Positions 25,841 to 39,263 of a DNA stretch of 64,000 nucleotides are shown here, piece by piece. Origin of the DNA: Hydrolagus colliei (taxonomy: Eukaryota); contig CM068757.1 of the NCBI GenBank assembly GCA_035084275.1, positions 9,486,001 to 9,550,000 on the forward strand, in the 5' to 3' direction. Position 1 is the first letter of the stretch; each line of letters begins with the position of its first letter. Below the pieces are notes generated by a model that was not told where the DNA came from, did no database searches, and worked only from the letters and a program-made list of their open reading frames with translations. A program made the translations under genes and the position numbers.

Positions 25841-28800
25841 TCAGATCAACTTGGGTTCGTATATACCAGTCAAACGATAATTTAGGTACTGGAGAGAGGT
25901 GATAGGGGGATACTTGTTTGATCCGTCACAACAGCTGATGATGGTTTCGTTGTCAGGATGGACGAAGAATGCCAGTGACTGTCGCTCGCTCTTGTCATCC
26001 AATTTTGGCAACTGGACTCGATGCATCTACAGGGAAAGGTACAAAGGCTTCAGTGTACACTAACACACATACCACTGGTGACGACTTGACGGCGATGCAG
26101 TGTATGTCCAAACTGACCATATTAGCTTTAAAATTCTTGCATTTACACAGTGACACATCACCTTGCCAAATCACTTCCAAGAGCTTCACAGGGGTTAATG
26201 TTGCCTTGGAATTAGTCTCCCAATGGGTATTTTTGAATTTAAAAAAATAATTAAAATCAGCTCACTGTGGATATCAGTGTGTCAGCCGTCCATCTCTGCA
26301 ACATATCTCCCACGTTGACCAGGACAGTGTTTGGAATGTAGGGGGCAGTAACATACTGTCCTGATCTGTTCATGACCTAAAACAGAGAATGTTGTGTAAA
26401 AAAAAGGATCAAGAACATACAGCAGAATTGTTTGGGGGAATTCCAAATGTAAATTACCATGTGTCAGCAAATTGTAAACGTTGATGGGTGTTTCCTCTTT
26501 TTAAGCCTCTTTTGACTTCTTTGGGCCGGGGAATTCAAAATGTTCACCACAATACTGTTTGTTGCATGACAATATTCCAATCCTCTCCCATTAGGTTCTT
26601 CTCTTTCCTATCCTTAAGCCCAGGAATTTCATGCTGGACTTTGGGTGCCCAAGCAATAACACTTGTCATAGGAAAACAGGGATAGGATATTGTTTAATCC
26701 CAATGGCCTATACTTTTTGCTATTCTCATTTAGAGAAGGGAGAGTGATCGTAGGCAAGATCAAAGAGTTATGCTTCCATAAGTCATGACTATGAGTAGAA
26801 GTAGAAATGATCAGTGTATTATAATGTGGTATCTGACATGGTGAGTAGTTAGGCCTATAGATGTAATGTGGCAATGATAATTGGGTGACCATATGTCCCC
26901 AATTTCTAGGGCAATCCTCAGGTGAGGTATTGTGCCCTTCGGGCCAAATTTTCCCCAACTTGAGTTCAGTAACAAACCGAGCAAGAACAATAAAATTGTA
27001 AAATGGATACACTCAACAGAGAATCGCAGCCATTTATCCAACAAGTTTCTCTAGCACTACCAGCATCAGGAATTGTGTTAAGTGAAATTTTCTTTTAAAA
27101 TGTGGACTTTGATTTGGTTTACAAACTATGGTCACCCTAAACACTGAAGTCTTTTCCTGCAGAAAATGAACAGAAAATGTAGACATGAGTAAAATTTAAT
27201 TGCAAGGAACAAACCTCCAGTCCCCCATTCTGATCCTGGAAGAGTAAAGTCAATGTTCCGTAATCCGAATGCTCCCCACATCGAATCTGATCCTCCAGCA
27301 CACTGGATTTTTGTACCGGGGGGTAGTACAGAGTTCTCAGGGTAGTTCGGTTTGAATCACCTGCAAAATATTATATGCTAGGTAACAATACCCTCAATGA
27401 GCACACACCAACATTTCTTTGTTAATTTCACATCATTAAGTTGCCTTTTAGAGAAGATTTGATTATATGCACACTGTTGATTCGTGAGCAATAAAAATAT
27501 CCCAGATAATAAACTATCACCTTGGACAACGTTATCATCCTCTTTAAATACAGGCACTAAAGCCTTACAGCAAGATGTACTTACTGTATATCCCTTTGTG
27601 TTTGTTAATGAAGAAATCTCTCTCGAGTCCAAGGCCCAACTCAAGAAGTTTCATAATTCTCTGAGCCAGGTCCTCACATTGTCTGAAAAATGATTCCATA
27701 CATCCTTTGAACTCTGGGGCCTCTTTAGCAGAAGGCCATTTCTGTATTGAGGAATAAATCATATTTTTGTTTCACCTTGCAGTACTTTAATGAAAACAAT
27801 GACAATGGTAAGTTTCCTATCTGTGTATTTATTATTTAGGCTTTGCGCCTTGGGACGTGCTCGTGAGGTCTGCTAAATTAAGCGCTCCAGGATGCTACCC
27901 TGCATGAATGACACTGTATAAAATGCAAGTTGTTGACCGGACGACCGGACCTAAAACCCACAACCCCAGCCTCGGCCGCAGCCCCGGTCAGGCTTCAGAC
28001 CGCAACGCCTCTGCATCCCCCAGCCGCGGCCTCATATCCGTTGGGATGATGCCGCCCCATTAACCCTCGCTCCTGGTCCCCCGCGTGCGCAATATGGCTG
28101 CCGCCATGACCCGAGCTTCCCTCCCCCTATTCAAGCTTTTCCCCCCAACCCCCCCTCTCCGTTATTTTTTCTCTACCCTTCTTTCTCTTCGCTCTCCTTG
28201 TTTACTGTCTCTGCTCGACCCTCCCACCGCTTCCCTCTGTTCCAGTATTGGAATCCTCCGTCGGGCTCACCGTGGCACTCGGCGCTGGCTGTCCAATAGC
28301 AGTCACACCAAGTGCCCTGTCCCCCACCATCACCGTCAGCCTCACCGGACACAAACCCGGGGGGTCAACCTCTCCTCCCTTATTCAGATCCCCACCCTCC
28401 CCGCCGACCATCCCAGCCCCCCCTCACACCCCTCGGCCAACTGCTTTTTCCGCTTCGGCCTCCAAAATGTCCGCTCTGTCTGCAACAAGGCACTGGCCAT
28501 CAACGATCTCATCCTTGGTGAGAACGTTGACATCATGGCCCTGACGGGAGACTTGGATCATCCCAGGCGACACTTTCCCCCTTGTTGAAGCCACACCACC
28601 CAACTACACATTCCACCATGCTCCTCAACCCAACCGTCGTGGCGGTGGCGTGGCCCTCATCTCAAAGACATCCCTCGCCCTATCCCCCTATTCCTCCGGC
28701 TCCTTCCCCTCTTTTGAACATCTCACCCTTCTCACTCCTCCCACAGTTCTTTCAAAATCCTACTAGTTTATCGCCCCCCAAAACCCTCCCCCACTTTCAT

Positions 28801-31800
28801 TTCAGACTTTTCTTCACTTTTAACTTCCCTTTGTGCCTCCTCTGATCGCCTTATTATTCTTGACGATTTCAACCTCCATTTCACCCCCTCCTGCCCCATT
28901 TCCTCTGAATTTTCCTCTTTACTTTCAACTTCTCCCTTCATATCAACACTGCCACCCACACTCACGGCCATCCTCTCGATCTGGTGTTCACCCGAGGCCT
29001 CAACGTCTCTGGCGTCACCATCACAGACAAGGCCATTTCTGACCATTTTTTCATTTCCTGCAACACCTCTATCCTTCCCCCCTCCACTTCCAAACCCACC
29101 ATCATCTTCTACCGGCCCTGGAAGAAGATTCCCCCTCAAACTTTCACCTCTGCCCTAGAAACCTCCGACCTCCTCCCACAAGGGCATTCTTTTTGTACAG
29201 ACCCATCCTCCGCCTCCACCGCCCTCCACAACACCCTCTCCACTACCCTTGACACCCTGGCCTCCCTCACCTCCAAAACCGTCTCCCATTCCCGATCATC
29301 ACCGTGGTACACATCTCACCTCCGTTCCCTCAAAAGCCAAGTGAGAGCAGTTGAACGCACCTGGCTCAAATCTGGCCTCACGGTCCACCTGCAAATCTGG
29401 CTGGACCGCATCAAATTTTACCGCTCCGCCCTAGCCACCGCCAAATCAGCCTTAATCCTGGAAGCGAAGGACAACCACCGCCACCTCTTCGCCACCACCA
29501 ACCAGCTCCTCCGCCCCCCCCCCCCGCCTCACCTCGCAGATCCTCTCCTCAAACGTTCATTGTGAGGAGATGCTGGATTTCCTCGAGTCCAAAATTGAGA
29601 AAATCCGCTCTGCGGTTTCCTCCCCCCACCACTCCTCCACCTCCGCGCCCTCATCAGCTACCTCAACCCCTACTCACCCCCCATTTCACACTTTCAACCC
29701 CACCACCCTGCTTTCAGTCACAAAACCAATCACCTTCATGAGACCCACCACGTGCTCATTGGACCCCATCCCCACCGCCCTTCTTCGCACCCAGCTCCAT
29801 TTGTTAGCCCCGCTCATTTCTGACACCATTAACCTTTCCCTCTCCTCAGGAACCGTCCGTACCTCCCTTAAAACAGCCACCATCACCCCTATCCTGAAGA
29901 AACCCTCCCTTGATGCGTCGCAACCATCAAGTTATCGACCCATCTCCAACCTCCCGTTTCTATCCAAGGTCCTTGAAAGAGTGGTTGCCTCCCAGCTCTG
30001 CTCTTTCCTTTCAAATCACTCACTTCTTGAACCCCTCCAATCAGGTTTCCGCCCTATCCACAGTACAGAAACTGCCCTGGTTAAGGTCACAAATGACATC
30101 CTAACCGCCTGTGACCAGGGCTCCCTCTGCCTCCTCGTCCTCCTTGACCTGTCTGCTGCGTTCGACACAGTCGATCACACCATCCTCCTTCAACGTCTTT
30201 CCTCCCACCTCAACCTTCAAGGCACAGTCCTTGAATGGATCCACTCTTATTTGACACACCGTTTACGTTTTGTTTCTTCCAATGGCTTTTCTTCAAACCC
30301 CCGCACAGTTTCCCACGGCGTCCCTCAGGGCTCTGTCCTCGGTCCCCTTCTTTTCACCCTTTACACGCTCCCCCTGGGTGACGTCATCCGCAAACATGGG
30401 GTAAATTTCCACATGTATGCGGATGACACTCAGTTGTACCTTTCTGCCTCATCCCTCAACCCCCAGACGATCGATGTTCTGACAGCATGTCTGTCCGACA
30501 TCGAATCGTGGACGAGGGACAACTTTTTGCAATTGAACGTGAATAAGACCGAGGCCCTCCTGATTGGCTCAAGCCAGCGCCTCCGCACATCGGGCGCTGC
30601 CAGCCTCAACATCCAAGGCTGCACTCTCCACCTCACAAAGCCAATCAGGAACCTTGGCATCATGTTCGATCAAAAACTTTCCTTCCTCCCCCACATCCGC
30701 GCCTTGACCGGCACCGCCTATTTCCATCTGCGCAACATTGCCAGGCTCCGCAACTATCTTACCCCCCGCGCTGCCGAAACACTCGTGCACGCATACATCA
30801 CCTCATGGCTGGATTACGGAAATTCTCTCCTAGTCGGCCTCCCCAGTTCCTCCATTCATAGGCTGCAGGCCATCCAAAACTCTGCAGCCCGTGTACTATC
30901 CCGCACCCGCCTCCGCGACCACATAACTCACACCCTCGCCCGTCTCCACTGGCTCCCCATCCTCCAGAGGATCGAATTTAAGATCCTCCTCCTCACCTAC
31001 AAGGCCTTACACGGCCTTGCCCCATCCTACCTAACCGATCTACTCTCCCCCTACACGCCCACCCGGACCCTCCGTTCAACAGGACTTGGCCTGCTCCAAT
31101 CCCCCCGCCCGAACTGCCCCACCATCGGAGGCCGGGCCTTCAGTTTCTCCGCTCCCACCTTATGGAATGCCATCCCTCAATCCCTCCGTTTCGCCTCTTC
31201 CCTTTCCTCTTTCAAGGCCGATTTGAAGACTTTCCTCTTCGATCGTGCCTTTTGTTCCACCCCGAACTCTTTTACCTCCCCTTCGTGTTTCACCCCTTCC
31301 CAAACACTCCCCTCCCAGCTCGGGTCATACGCCTCTTGTTTAGCACCTTGGGACGTCCTCCCGACTTGAAAGGCGCTACGTAAATGTAAATTGTTGTTGT
31401 TGTTGTTGTTGATGTGAAAGGTGCTCCTGAATCATGGGTAGCTTGGAGGTAAGTTGGAGGTGAAATAAGCTTCCATTCTTTGGCACCAAGCCCCAAAAGA
31501 ACACATTCTGCCCCACCAATAATTTTGTGTTACCCAAGGCAGGTTTGAGTGCTTTTTATGTTCAGTCCCAAATTAGGAGTAATTTGCTGTGTTGCCAATA
31601 GCTGCCATAAATATGCCCAACCCTCTACTGTGTTAATAAAAAGTGCTTGTACTTGTCTATCCACCAGCTGGTTCTATTTGTTTAGGTTTATAGCACTGAA
31701 TATTGAAATGTTTTATATTGGAACAAAGAAAACTGAGGAGGAGACTTGATAAGGATGATCAAATCAACAGGGAGAAATTATTTCCACTGATCAGTGAGTC

Positions 31801-34131
31801 AGTGACGAGAGGTATTCAATTTAAGGTAGTTAGTAAATGAGCAGGATGGAAGAGTTTTATTTCACTTTCACTAATAATTTCAGAAACCAGAGGAAGAGCA
31901 TGTTCACACTTCCCATTGAAAAATGAGTCACCAATTGCCAATGCTACAGCTTCCCCAAGGGATCTTAATTTGCGGGTTAACCATATGCAAAGAGGTATAT
32001 ATGGAGAGAAATATGCAATTAATAGCCAATAAATCTGCAGAGCTCCCCACTACAATAATCCTTGCATTTGATGGAGTGCCTCACCAAGTCATTGAGACAT
32101 CTCAAAGCACTTCACAGAATATATTGGGACGTCCTCCCGATGTGAAAAAAAGCTATACAAATGTAATTTGGTTTTGTTATTGTTGTGACGTGGATTAAAC
32201 TGTTATTTTGTGGACGAAACATGGCAGCCATTTGCACACAGCAGTTTCCCAAAAACAGTGGTGGATTAAGTTACTAATTTATTATTTTTTGGGTGGAAAG
32301 ATGATTACCCCTATATAGTAGGGAGGTCCCAGTCCGCGCTCATACTACTTACATCGTTGGGCAAGGTTATGTTGAAGGCTTCCTTCAGGTCTGTAGGGCG
32401 TTTCTGATTCAATCTGTGAAGAATCAATGTGTTTATAAACCATGTCATACTGTTATTCATAATTAATCACCTGGCATAAATCGAGAACTTTGAGGCAGTA
32501 ACAGGAAGCTGTGAGGATCGCCAACTCAGTTTACCTCCACAGAAGTCATACTTGAGCACAATAGTGCTCTGCGCAGGCTGCACGGAAATTACTGCAGACA
32601 GTTCTGGTCTGGTTAGTTCAGGTTCTTTAGCTTTGAAAGGAAATGTCTTAGAGGGGAACTTGTATATGATTTTAAATGGGATTGAAAAATTAAACTAAAA
32701 CAATACTTCGTGGATGCACCAAGATAGCAGAAAATGAAACAGGCTAGGGTTCCACTTGGCAAGTTGAAGGCAGGAATTATTTCTTTACTAAGAGGGTAAT
32801 TAACTGGCATAGTTTATGAGGAAAGGAGGTTGAGGCCAACATGCTGGACTTGTTTTAAAAACAGTTGTGGGATGGGAAGGCAGCACAGTATGTGTTATGG
32901 AAAGAATAGATCAAATGATTAAAAGATTAATATTAAATGGGCTGAAGAGCCTTCTTCATCAGAACCAATGTTACGATCATATTTGTCTACAAAATGCAGT
33001 GTGATCTGCACGGTACTCTGCCAAGTGCTTTGAGATGTCCTCTAGACGTGCACAGTACTGGCTCAAATGTAGTTATTGTTATTATTAGCTATGGAGATTT
33101 CTGTAGGTATAGGTTGTGCCTGATGGAATCATACCTTTCTGCTTCTATTTCAATCCATCCATTATATTGACTGTAATTGTTTAATGTATGGGCAGAGCAA
33201 ATCTTAATCTCTCTAGGAAGCATGAAGAAGTCCTTGGAGATCTCCATTGCTTTGAACACCTGTGGAACAAGATGGTTATGAAAATTGTAATAGATGCATT
33301 CTGTTTTCTAAAGAGTAAAAGTTGACTGAATAAATTGGATGTCCAAGGTCCATTTTCACTTGTTGATTGGAAATAGAGGTCGCAAATATAAGATAAGTCA
33401 GTAGTAGATCCAAAAGGGAGATTAAGCGGAAAGTCAAGTTTGAACATATTTATGACGGGGGAAATAAAGTCTGTGGGGATTCATTGTGCTAATTAACGCA
33501 CCAGTCAGCCTGGTGCACTTGTAGGATACAAATGGAAAGGCTATCTTCTGGTTTATCCTGCAAACCAATGCCCTAATATGTAGGAAGGCTCTGGGCGCAC
33601 CAGCAGGGGGAAGCTTGTGACACAGTGCTCTTAATAGCAAGCTACATGGGTTTAGCTGGTTAATCGCTTGCAGTTAACCTAATACACATTCTGGGGTACT
33701 CGAGCCGTGGCTCTTGCTGATCAGCCCATAATTCTCTCCAGAATCCGGTAAGCAATTTATGTCTCTGGGGAGAATGTGTGTATTCCATGCCACAGTAAGT
33801 GGCCAATATACCTGGCCAACATGTGGAACTCTCAGTCTGGTGAGATGCTTATGTATAGTGATTGGTTACCCAAAAATATTAACACAACAAAATGTATTGA
33901 AACGTTAGAGACTTCAGACAATATGTGTACAACACAGTGTACTATAACCAATGGAGTGTGATATTGAATGGTACCCACATTTTGTTGTTGAAACCCAATG
34001 TTCTTGAGGTACACAAACCCAATGTCCATGAAAGCCCTTGTAATCTCAGAGCTCATTCGTTGCAGTTCATCAGCTGAGGGCTCAGCTTTGCCTAAAGCAA
34101 AAGAGCCAAAGTCTACCACGGCAATGTTCAT
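25841..34131 (-). CDS. 2-oxoglutarate/Fe(II)-dependent dioxygenase, IPNS/plant-like DIOX_N + 2OG-FeII_Oxy type, 7 coding exons, 312 aa
   Basis: Exons (minus strand): 34131-33979 (MNIAVVDF...GFVYLKN), 33259-33135, 32413-32353 (DLKEAFN), 27741-27585 (KWP), 27360-27215 (LRTLYYPP...[15 protein letters not shown]), 26376-26266 ([13 protein letters not shown]), 26026-25841 (HRV...RQSLAFF, TGA). Phases all chain. The HxD...H iron triad and RxS 2OG motif are intact. Confidence 0.9.
27936..31410 (+). mobile_element. L2-type LINE: frameshifted APE endonuclease region, open 599-aa RT segment, (GTT)n tail; antisense within dioxygenase intron 3
   Basis: [11 protein letters not shown] (endonuclease), [25 protein letters not shown] and YADDTQLY in ORF 29570-31369; 3' tail ttgggacgtcctcccga...gttgttgtt. 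The 5' boundary is approximate. Confidence 0.92.
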
Positions 34132-36959
34132 CTCAGCCCCAGAAAGATGATGCCTCGTATATATTTCTGGTAAATAAACACAAGACAATTGTAACAGTAG
34201 AAAAGTGATAATCAGCCCAAGAGAAAATGCTCTCACTTTATTCTTAGGTCTCTTGTCCCAATCATACTCTCCGAATACGGGGGAGTCTTTGGAAGTGACA
34301 GAAAAGGATGTCTGCCCATATGGGAAGTGCATGACCTGTAAAAAACACTGCAAACTGGTCAAGAAGGAAACTAAGAATTACTACTCAAAACTGTTTTTTT
34401 CATTGAAAAATTGTGTACTACGTCCTCCCGACGTGAAAGGCGCTTTATAAGTTTAAGTTGTTGTTGTTGTTGTTGTACTATTCGAAATATCCTCTTTCAC
34501 TGTGAAATATCATCTTATAGGTAAACCTATTCTCTTATATGTGAAATATACATAAGCACTTTGTCTTATACAACAATAAGAACAACTAGCCAAAGTCTAC
34601 CACGGCACATCGCTTAGACTTCAGATATCCTCTTGTAAAGCATCTGGATATACTGTAATAAACAAGAAAAGCAACAAGTGAGGCTATGAACCTCAGAGCT
34701 CCCAACCACACAAAATATTAAATATATTTTAGAAATTTAGCATTTCACCCACAAAATACAGTCAGTTCACTTTACAATGTATTCTGTGAAATTCTTTGAG
34801 ATATCCTAATGACATAATAAGGCGCTATATCAAATACAAGGATTACATAGATTTTAAAGACTTCACCTAAAATTCTCTTCTCTTCTCCCACACCTTTTCT
34901 TCTGTGTTATTTCCCTCAAGCATACTCAGACACTGTGAATTAGATTTGAGTTGCTCCCCGATCTCCTATTTGGTAACTCTGCAGTTGAAACTCTTGACAC
35001 TGCAAGCACTTTTATCAGGTGACTCTTGTTGTTGAAATACTATTTAAATCAGTGACTAAACATTTACTCAGAATGTTGCCTAACTAGAGCCTGTTAGCCA
35101 ATACCTATTACTTTTCTTTAAAATGTGGCCTGTAAACATATTGACGCAGTAAAACAGTTTTTGTGATTTGACACAGGCTATTCTGTCAGTGGCAATCATG
35201 TACACAATTAAAATTTTAGTGCAGTCATGATCTGGGCAAAAAGGTTTTTTAAAAAGCAAAATATTCCACAGGATTTACTGTAGAATGTAGTAACTATTTG
35301 TAGGTGATCACAACAGCCAATTTGCACACTGTAATGTCTCACAAACCACCAATTAGTGACTGACCGATTTTATCTGGAGGCTTGTTGGTCAGGACAACAG
35401 GAAAAACTCCTTTCTTTCTTCAGGTACTGCTACAGGCACTTTAATGTCCACCTGAACAGGCAGACGGGACCTTAGTTTAATATCTCAGGCAAAGAACGGT
35501 CCAGTAACCCCCGCACTGCAACTTTAAAAAAAGAGAGCTGCAGTTCTGCCTTTGCAATATATTGCTTTGAAGTGAAGTTAAAGATAGCAACCATTTACTA
35601 GGGTTTTGGATTCTTCCAGCTGAGCTCCTGTGTGAAAACGGCTGAGCTAATAATTCATTGACTACCGATCTGTAAACAGCCGTTAGATATCTTGTCAACA
35701 GGTCAGGATCCCTAGTTACTTTCAAGGTTGCCCTCATAGGTCATACTTTATAGCAGTAAAATTTGTGACACTTCCCACACTTCTCAACCACATATTTGTA
35801 ACACAATGGATTAATGTGTAATCGTGTGTCAGCCTAACTCGGCGATGGCCTACATTCACACTGATTTAACAGTGTATCAGTTAAAGTACTTTGAGATATC
35901 CTCCCGCCATGAACGGCACTCTATGAATAATTTTTTTAACCAGCTATTTTTTTTTACCAATATGAATGTAATTTGTTTTCATTTGATTCAACTAAATATT
36001 TCATTGTAGATAATTATAACAATACTTTTTTTTATAGCGCCTTTCATGTCGGGAGGACACCTGAAAGCCTCATAGGATAAATGTACTATAAAGTGATGGG
36101 GGAAATAATGAATGCACAACCAATGTGCATAACAGTTCCTGCTTTACTGATAATTCAGCCCCAAAGAACAACCTTCGTTATCTGAATCCTGCAACCAATG
36201 GTCAGGTTGAATGCTCCACAGTAATTTCCACTCTGAACTGAGCACATGTCAAAGAATCCACACTCAGCGGGTAAACAGAGTAGCTCTCTCCCACAGAAGC
36301 TTCTCTTATTTTTAGGCACGTGACATGCCCTGTGTCTTTGAACATGGAGGTCAGTGAAACACAGTTTGCTTAATGTTCCATCGTCCAAAATTGTCATCTC
36401 CCATATGAAGTTTGTTTGGAAAAGTTTCATTTCCAAATATAGGTTGAAACTACAGTACTGTATTTAGAATGACCGAAGGAATGCCCCAAACATACAAGTG
36501 CCTAAAATGTTTTGAATCCGAATAAGCAACCAAACCTATGCCAGTCCCATAGCTCTGTCCATTACTCTATATTCAGATAACTTACAGTTCCCTTCAAACT
36601 ATGTATTCAGAATGCCTTTGTTTTCTGTCAGTCTGCTTACCAGTGCCCAATTCTGGTGAATGCTTATCTTGCAGTGGCTGAATTTGTAACAGACCGAAGT
36701 GGAAAACACATTTAGAAGGCTCTTTGTGAGAATGTGTGTGACTTGGGGAGGGATTGGGAGAGTTGGATGGTTCTCAACACTGATATATTGTTCCCTCATT
36801 CAGCACATTCTTGTGCTTCATTTTGATGCTTTATTCTCAAGACTCAATCTGCTTTGAACACAAACCAGAATTCTTTCCTCCGGCATTTTCCGGAAACAGG
36901 AACCCAATTCACTCTGTCTCCCTCTTTCCCTGGCATCCTTTTTATTAGTAATAAGTGAA

Positions 36960-37345
36960 AGGTTGAGTCTCACAGATTGAGTCACCTCAAAGTCCTTAAG
37001 AGGATATATAAAGTGGATTGACTGTGTATTTTGTGAGTAAAATGTGGCAGCTAATTGCACACAACAATGTTTCATAAACAGGCATGGAGTGAGTGGCCAA
37101 TTATATTTGGGGGATTGTTGGCCAGGATTCTGAGAGAAACCCTCTGCTCTTTCTAATAGCGCTATGGGATCTTTAATGTCCACTTCTACAGGCAGATCAT
37201 CTGAAGGACAGCACCCACGACAATGCAACATACACCTAGCACTATATTGGAGTGTCAGTGTAGACTGTGCAATTCCAAATCCTGACTTGGGGCTTGAACT
37301 CACAACCTTCTGACTCAGAGGTGAGAGTGCTCCCACTGCACCAGG
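36960..37345 (-). mobile_element. Deu-domain SINE
   Basis: Reverse complement gives head tggtgcagtgggagcactctcacctctgagtcagaaggttgtg and the Deu core. Confidence 0.7.
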
Positions 37346-38687
37346 CTAATAACACACAAGAATCCAGAGAACGAATGCAGCGTACAATATAACACTTTAT
37401 TCTGACAGGACATTTTAACAAAGGGCACTGGTACATGGATAGAGTAACAGAGGAACCACATACCGGTAATTGTTCTCCAGAAGCTGAGGTCCAAGTGATT
37501 TCATGCAATCATTGAAAAGAAACTACTGATTTTAATACGATAACATGCATCATAAAAAGATGAATGATTCAGCAAAGGTTTGGTTGACTAACTGAAAATT
37601 GTGCTGGATTGCAGTTTTTTTTTTGAAGGCACGAGATCCCAAATCTACTGTTAGACCGTTCTAAGCAACTCTAAGCAACTGTTAGTTTTAGTGTGAAGGT
37701 TACTTGAGCATATGAAACCCCAAGATAAATCAAGACAGACAATGTTATTCAGGTTAATTTATTTACCAACCTAAAACGGTAAAGCACACCAGTTATAATA
37801 CATTTAATATTGTGGCACATACTGCCAAATTATTAGGTGATTAAGCCTGTGAGTAGGAGGTTTGCTTACAGTAATCCATTTAACCAAATCTGCTTGTTTG
37901 TAATCCGCTCTTCTCCCTTCTAAACAGAAATTCCATCTCCTTTATAATTTTGATCCAGCAAACCAGTCTGATCTTGCAAATCTCAATCTGTCAGACACAG
38001 TGCAGATCCCATGGGACTGAACTCGTCAATTCTGGCTATTTTTATTTGGTCAGTCGAGTGTCTGACACATGTGGAAACCTATCATCATGATTATGAGTAT
38101 CCAAACAGAGCTGAGATTTGCATGCATCCCACCTTCACATGGAAATCCCAGAGATAAGATTGTTGAATTGGAATGTGCACTTTCCCCAAAATCATGTCCA
38201 AACATGTATGATGTGTAACACTGAGCTGTACTCTTGAGATCTTACATGATTTGGTGATATTGTCACATCAAATGCTTCCTTATGGTCAGCAGAATACTTG
38301 GGATTTAACCTGGGAAGCGGAAATATTCTATTTTAACTTTCATACCCCCAAAAAAGCTATCCCGCAATCAATACATTCAGAATTCATGACCTAGAAATTT
38401 CCTGAGAATTGGTAGAGCAACTTTCAGATCAGAGAGAACCTCTTTACTTTGCTGGATTTTATAGTGAAGAGAGGCAAGGGTGAGCTGCTAACATGATGGT
38501 GCAGGAATAATAATACATTGGAAGATATCTGTGGGCAAATGCTGCAGTCCATGTTGTGCGCAGCAGTGTCCCACAAATAACCATGTTATAACCACAAAAC
38601 CATGCATTTACATAGAACCCTTCACACAGAATAGGGTACAGAACGCTTGACAGTTATACCCAAAGGAAGTGCTTCAGTGAATCCTAC

Positions 38688-39263
38688 CTTTCGGCCTCTC
38701 CTGAAACCCACCCATGATTTATTACATTGGAGTCAATTGAATGGGAATACAGGTTTTTTATGTCTCTGGGAAGCAAGAAGAACTTCTTGCAGATCTCCAT
38801 TGTTCTGAGTACCTACAAGAACAACAACAACAGCAGCAGCAAAATTACATTTGTATAGCCTGTTTCACGTTGGGAGGACGTCCCAAGGCGCTGGAGGAAT
38901 CAAATGAAAAAATTATAAAATAAGCAACACTGTGAAATCATCTGTGGATCTTTAAACCCAAACTTTTTTTTTTCCGTTTTAGAATCAGATTTGTCAATTT
39001 TCTTTTGCAATGGCTACACAGCAGCTACTTTATAAAGGAGGAAAGTGACTTCACAGTGACATGTAACAACACAGTAAAGCCGATGGAGGGTGACAATGAA
39101 TGGTACCCACGTTTTGTTGTTCAAACCCAGTGTTCTTGAGGTACACAAATCCAATGCCCGTGAAAGCCCTTATAATCTCAGAGCTCAACCGTTGCATTTC
39201 ATTGGCCGAGGGCTCGGCTTTGCCGAAGCCAAACGAGCCAAAGTCAATCACAGCAATGTTCAT
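38688..39263 (-). CDS. Second copy of dioxygenase coding exons 1 and 2 (alternative 5' cassette or truncated paralog)
   Basis: 39263-39111 (153 nt, MNIAVIDFGSFGFGKAEP...) and 38812-38688 (125 nt, VLRTMEICKKFFLLP...NHGWVSGEAE). Same exon lengths and phases as 34131-33979 and 33259-33135, with intact splice sites. No own exons 3-7 were found between 34400 and 38680. Confidence 0.8.

Noticed and set aside
26629-27044. Intronic ORFs of 127 and 77 aa
   Set aside because: No recognisable domain; lie inside a dioxygenase intron.
34400-38680. Exons 3-7 of a second dioxygenase gene (e.g. ORFs 36155-36436, 36818-37336)
   Set aside because: No DLKEAF, HSDYG, LQRWT or HRV motifs seen; content is SINEs and AT-rich sequence.
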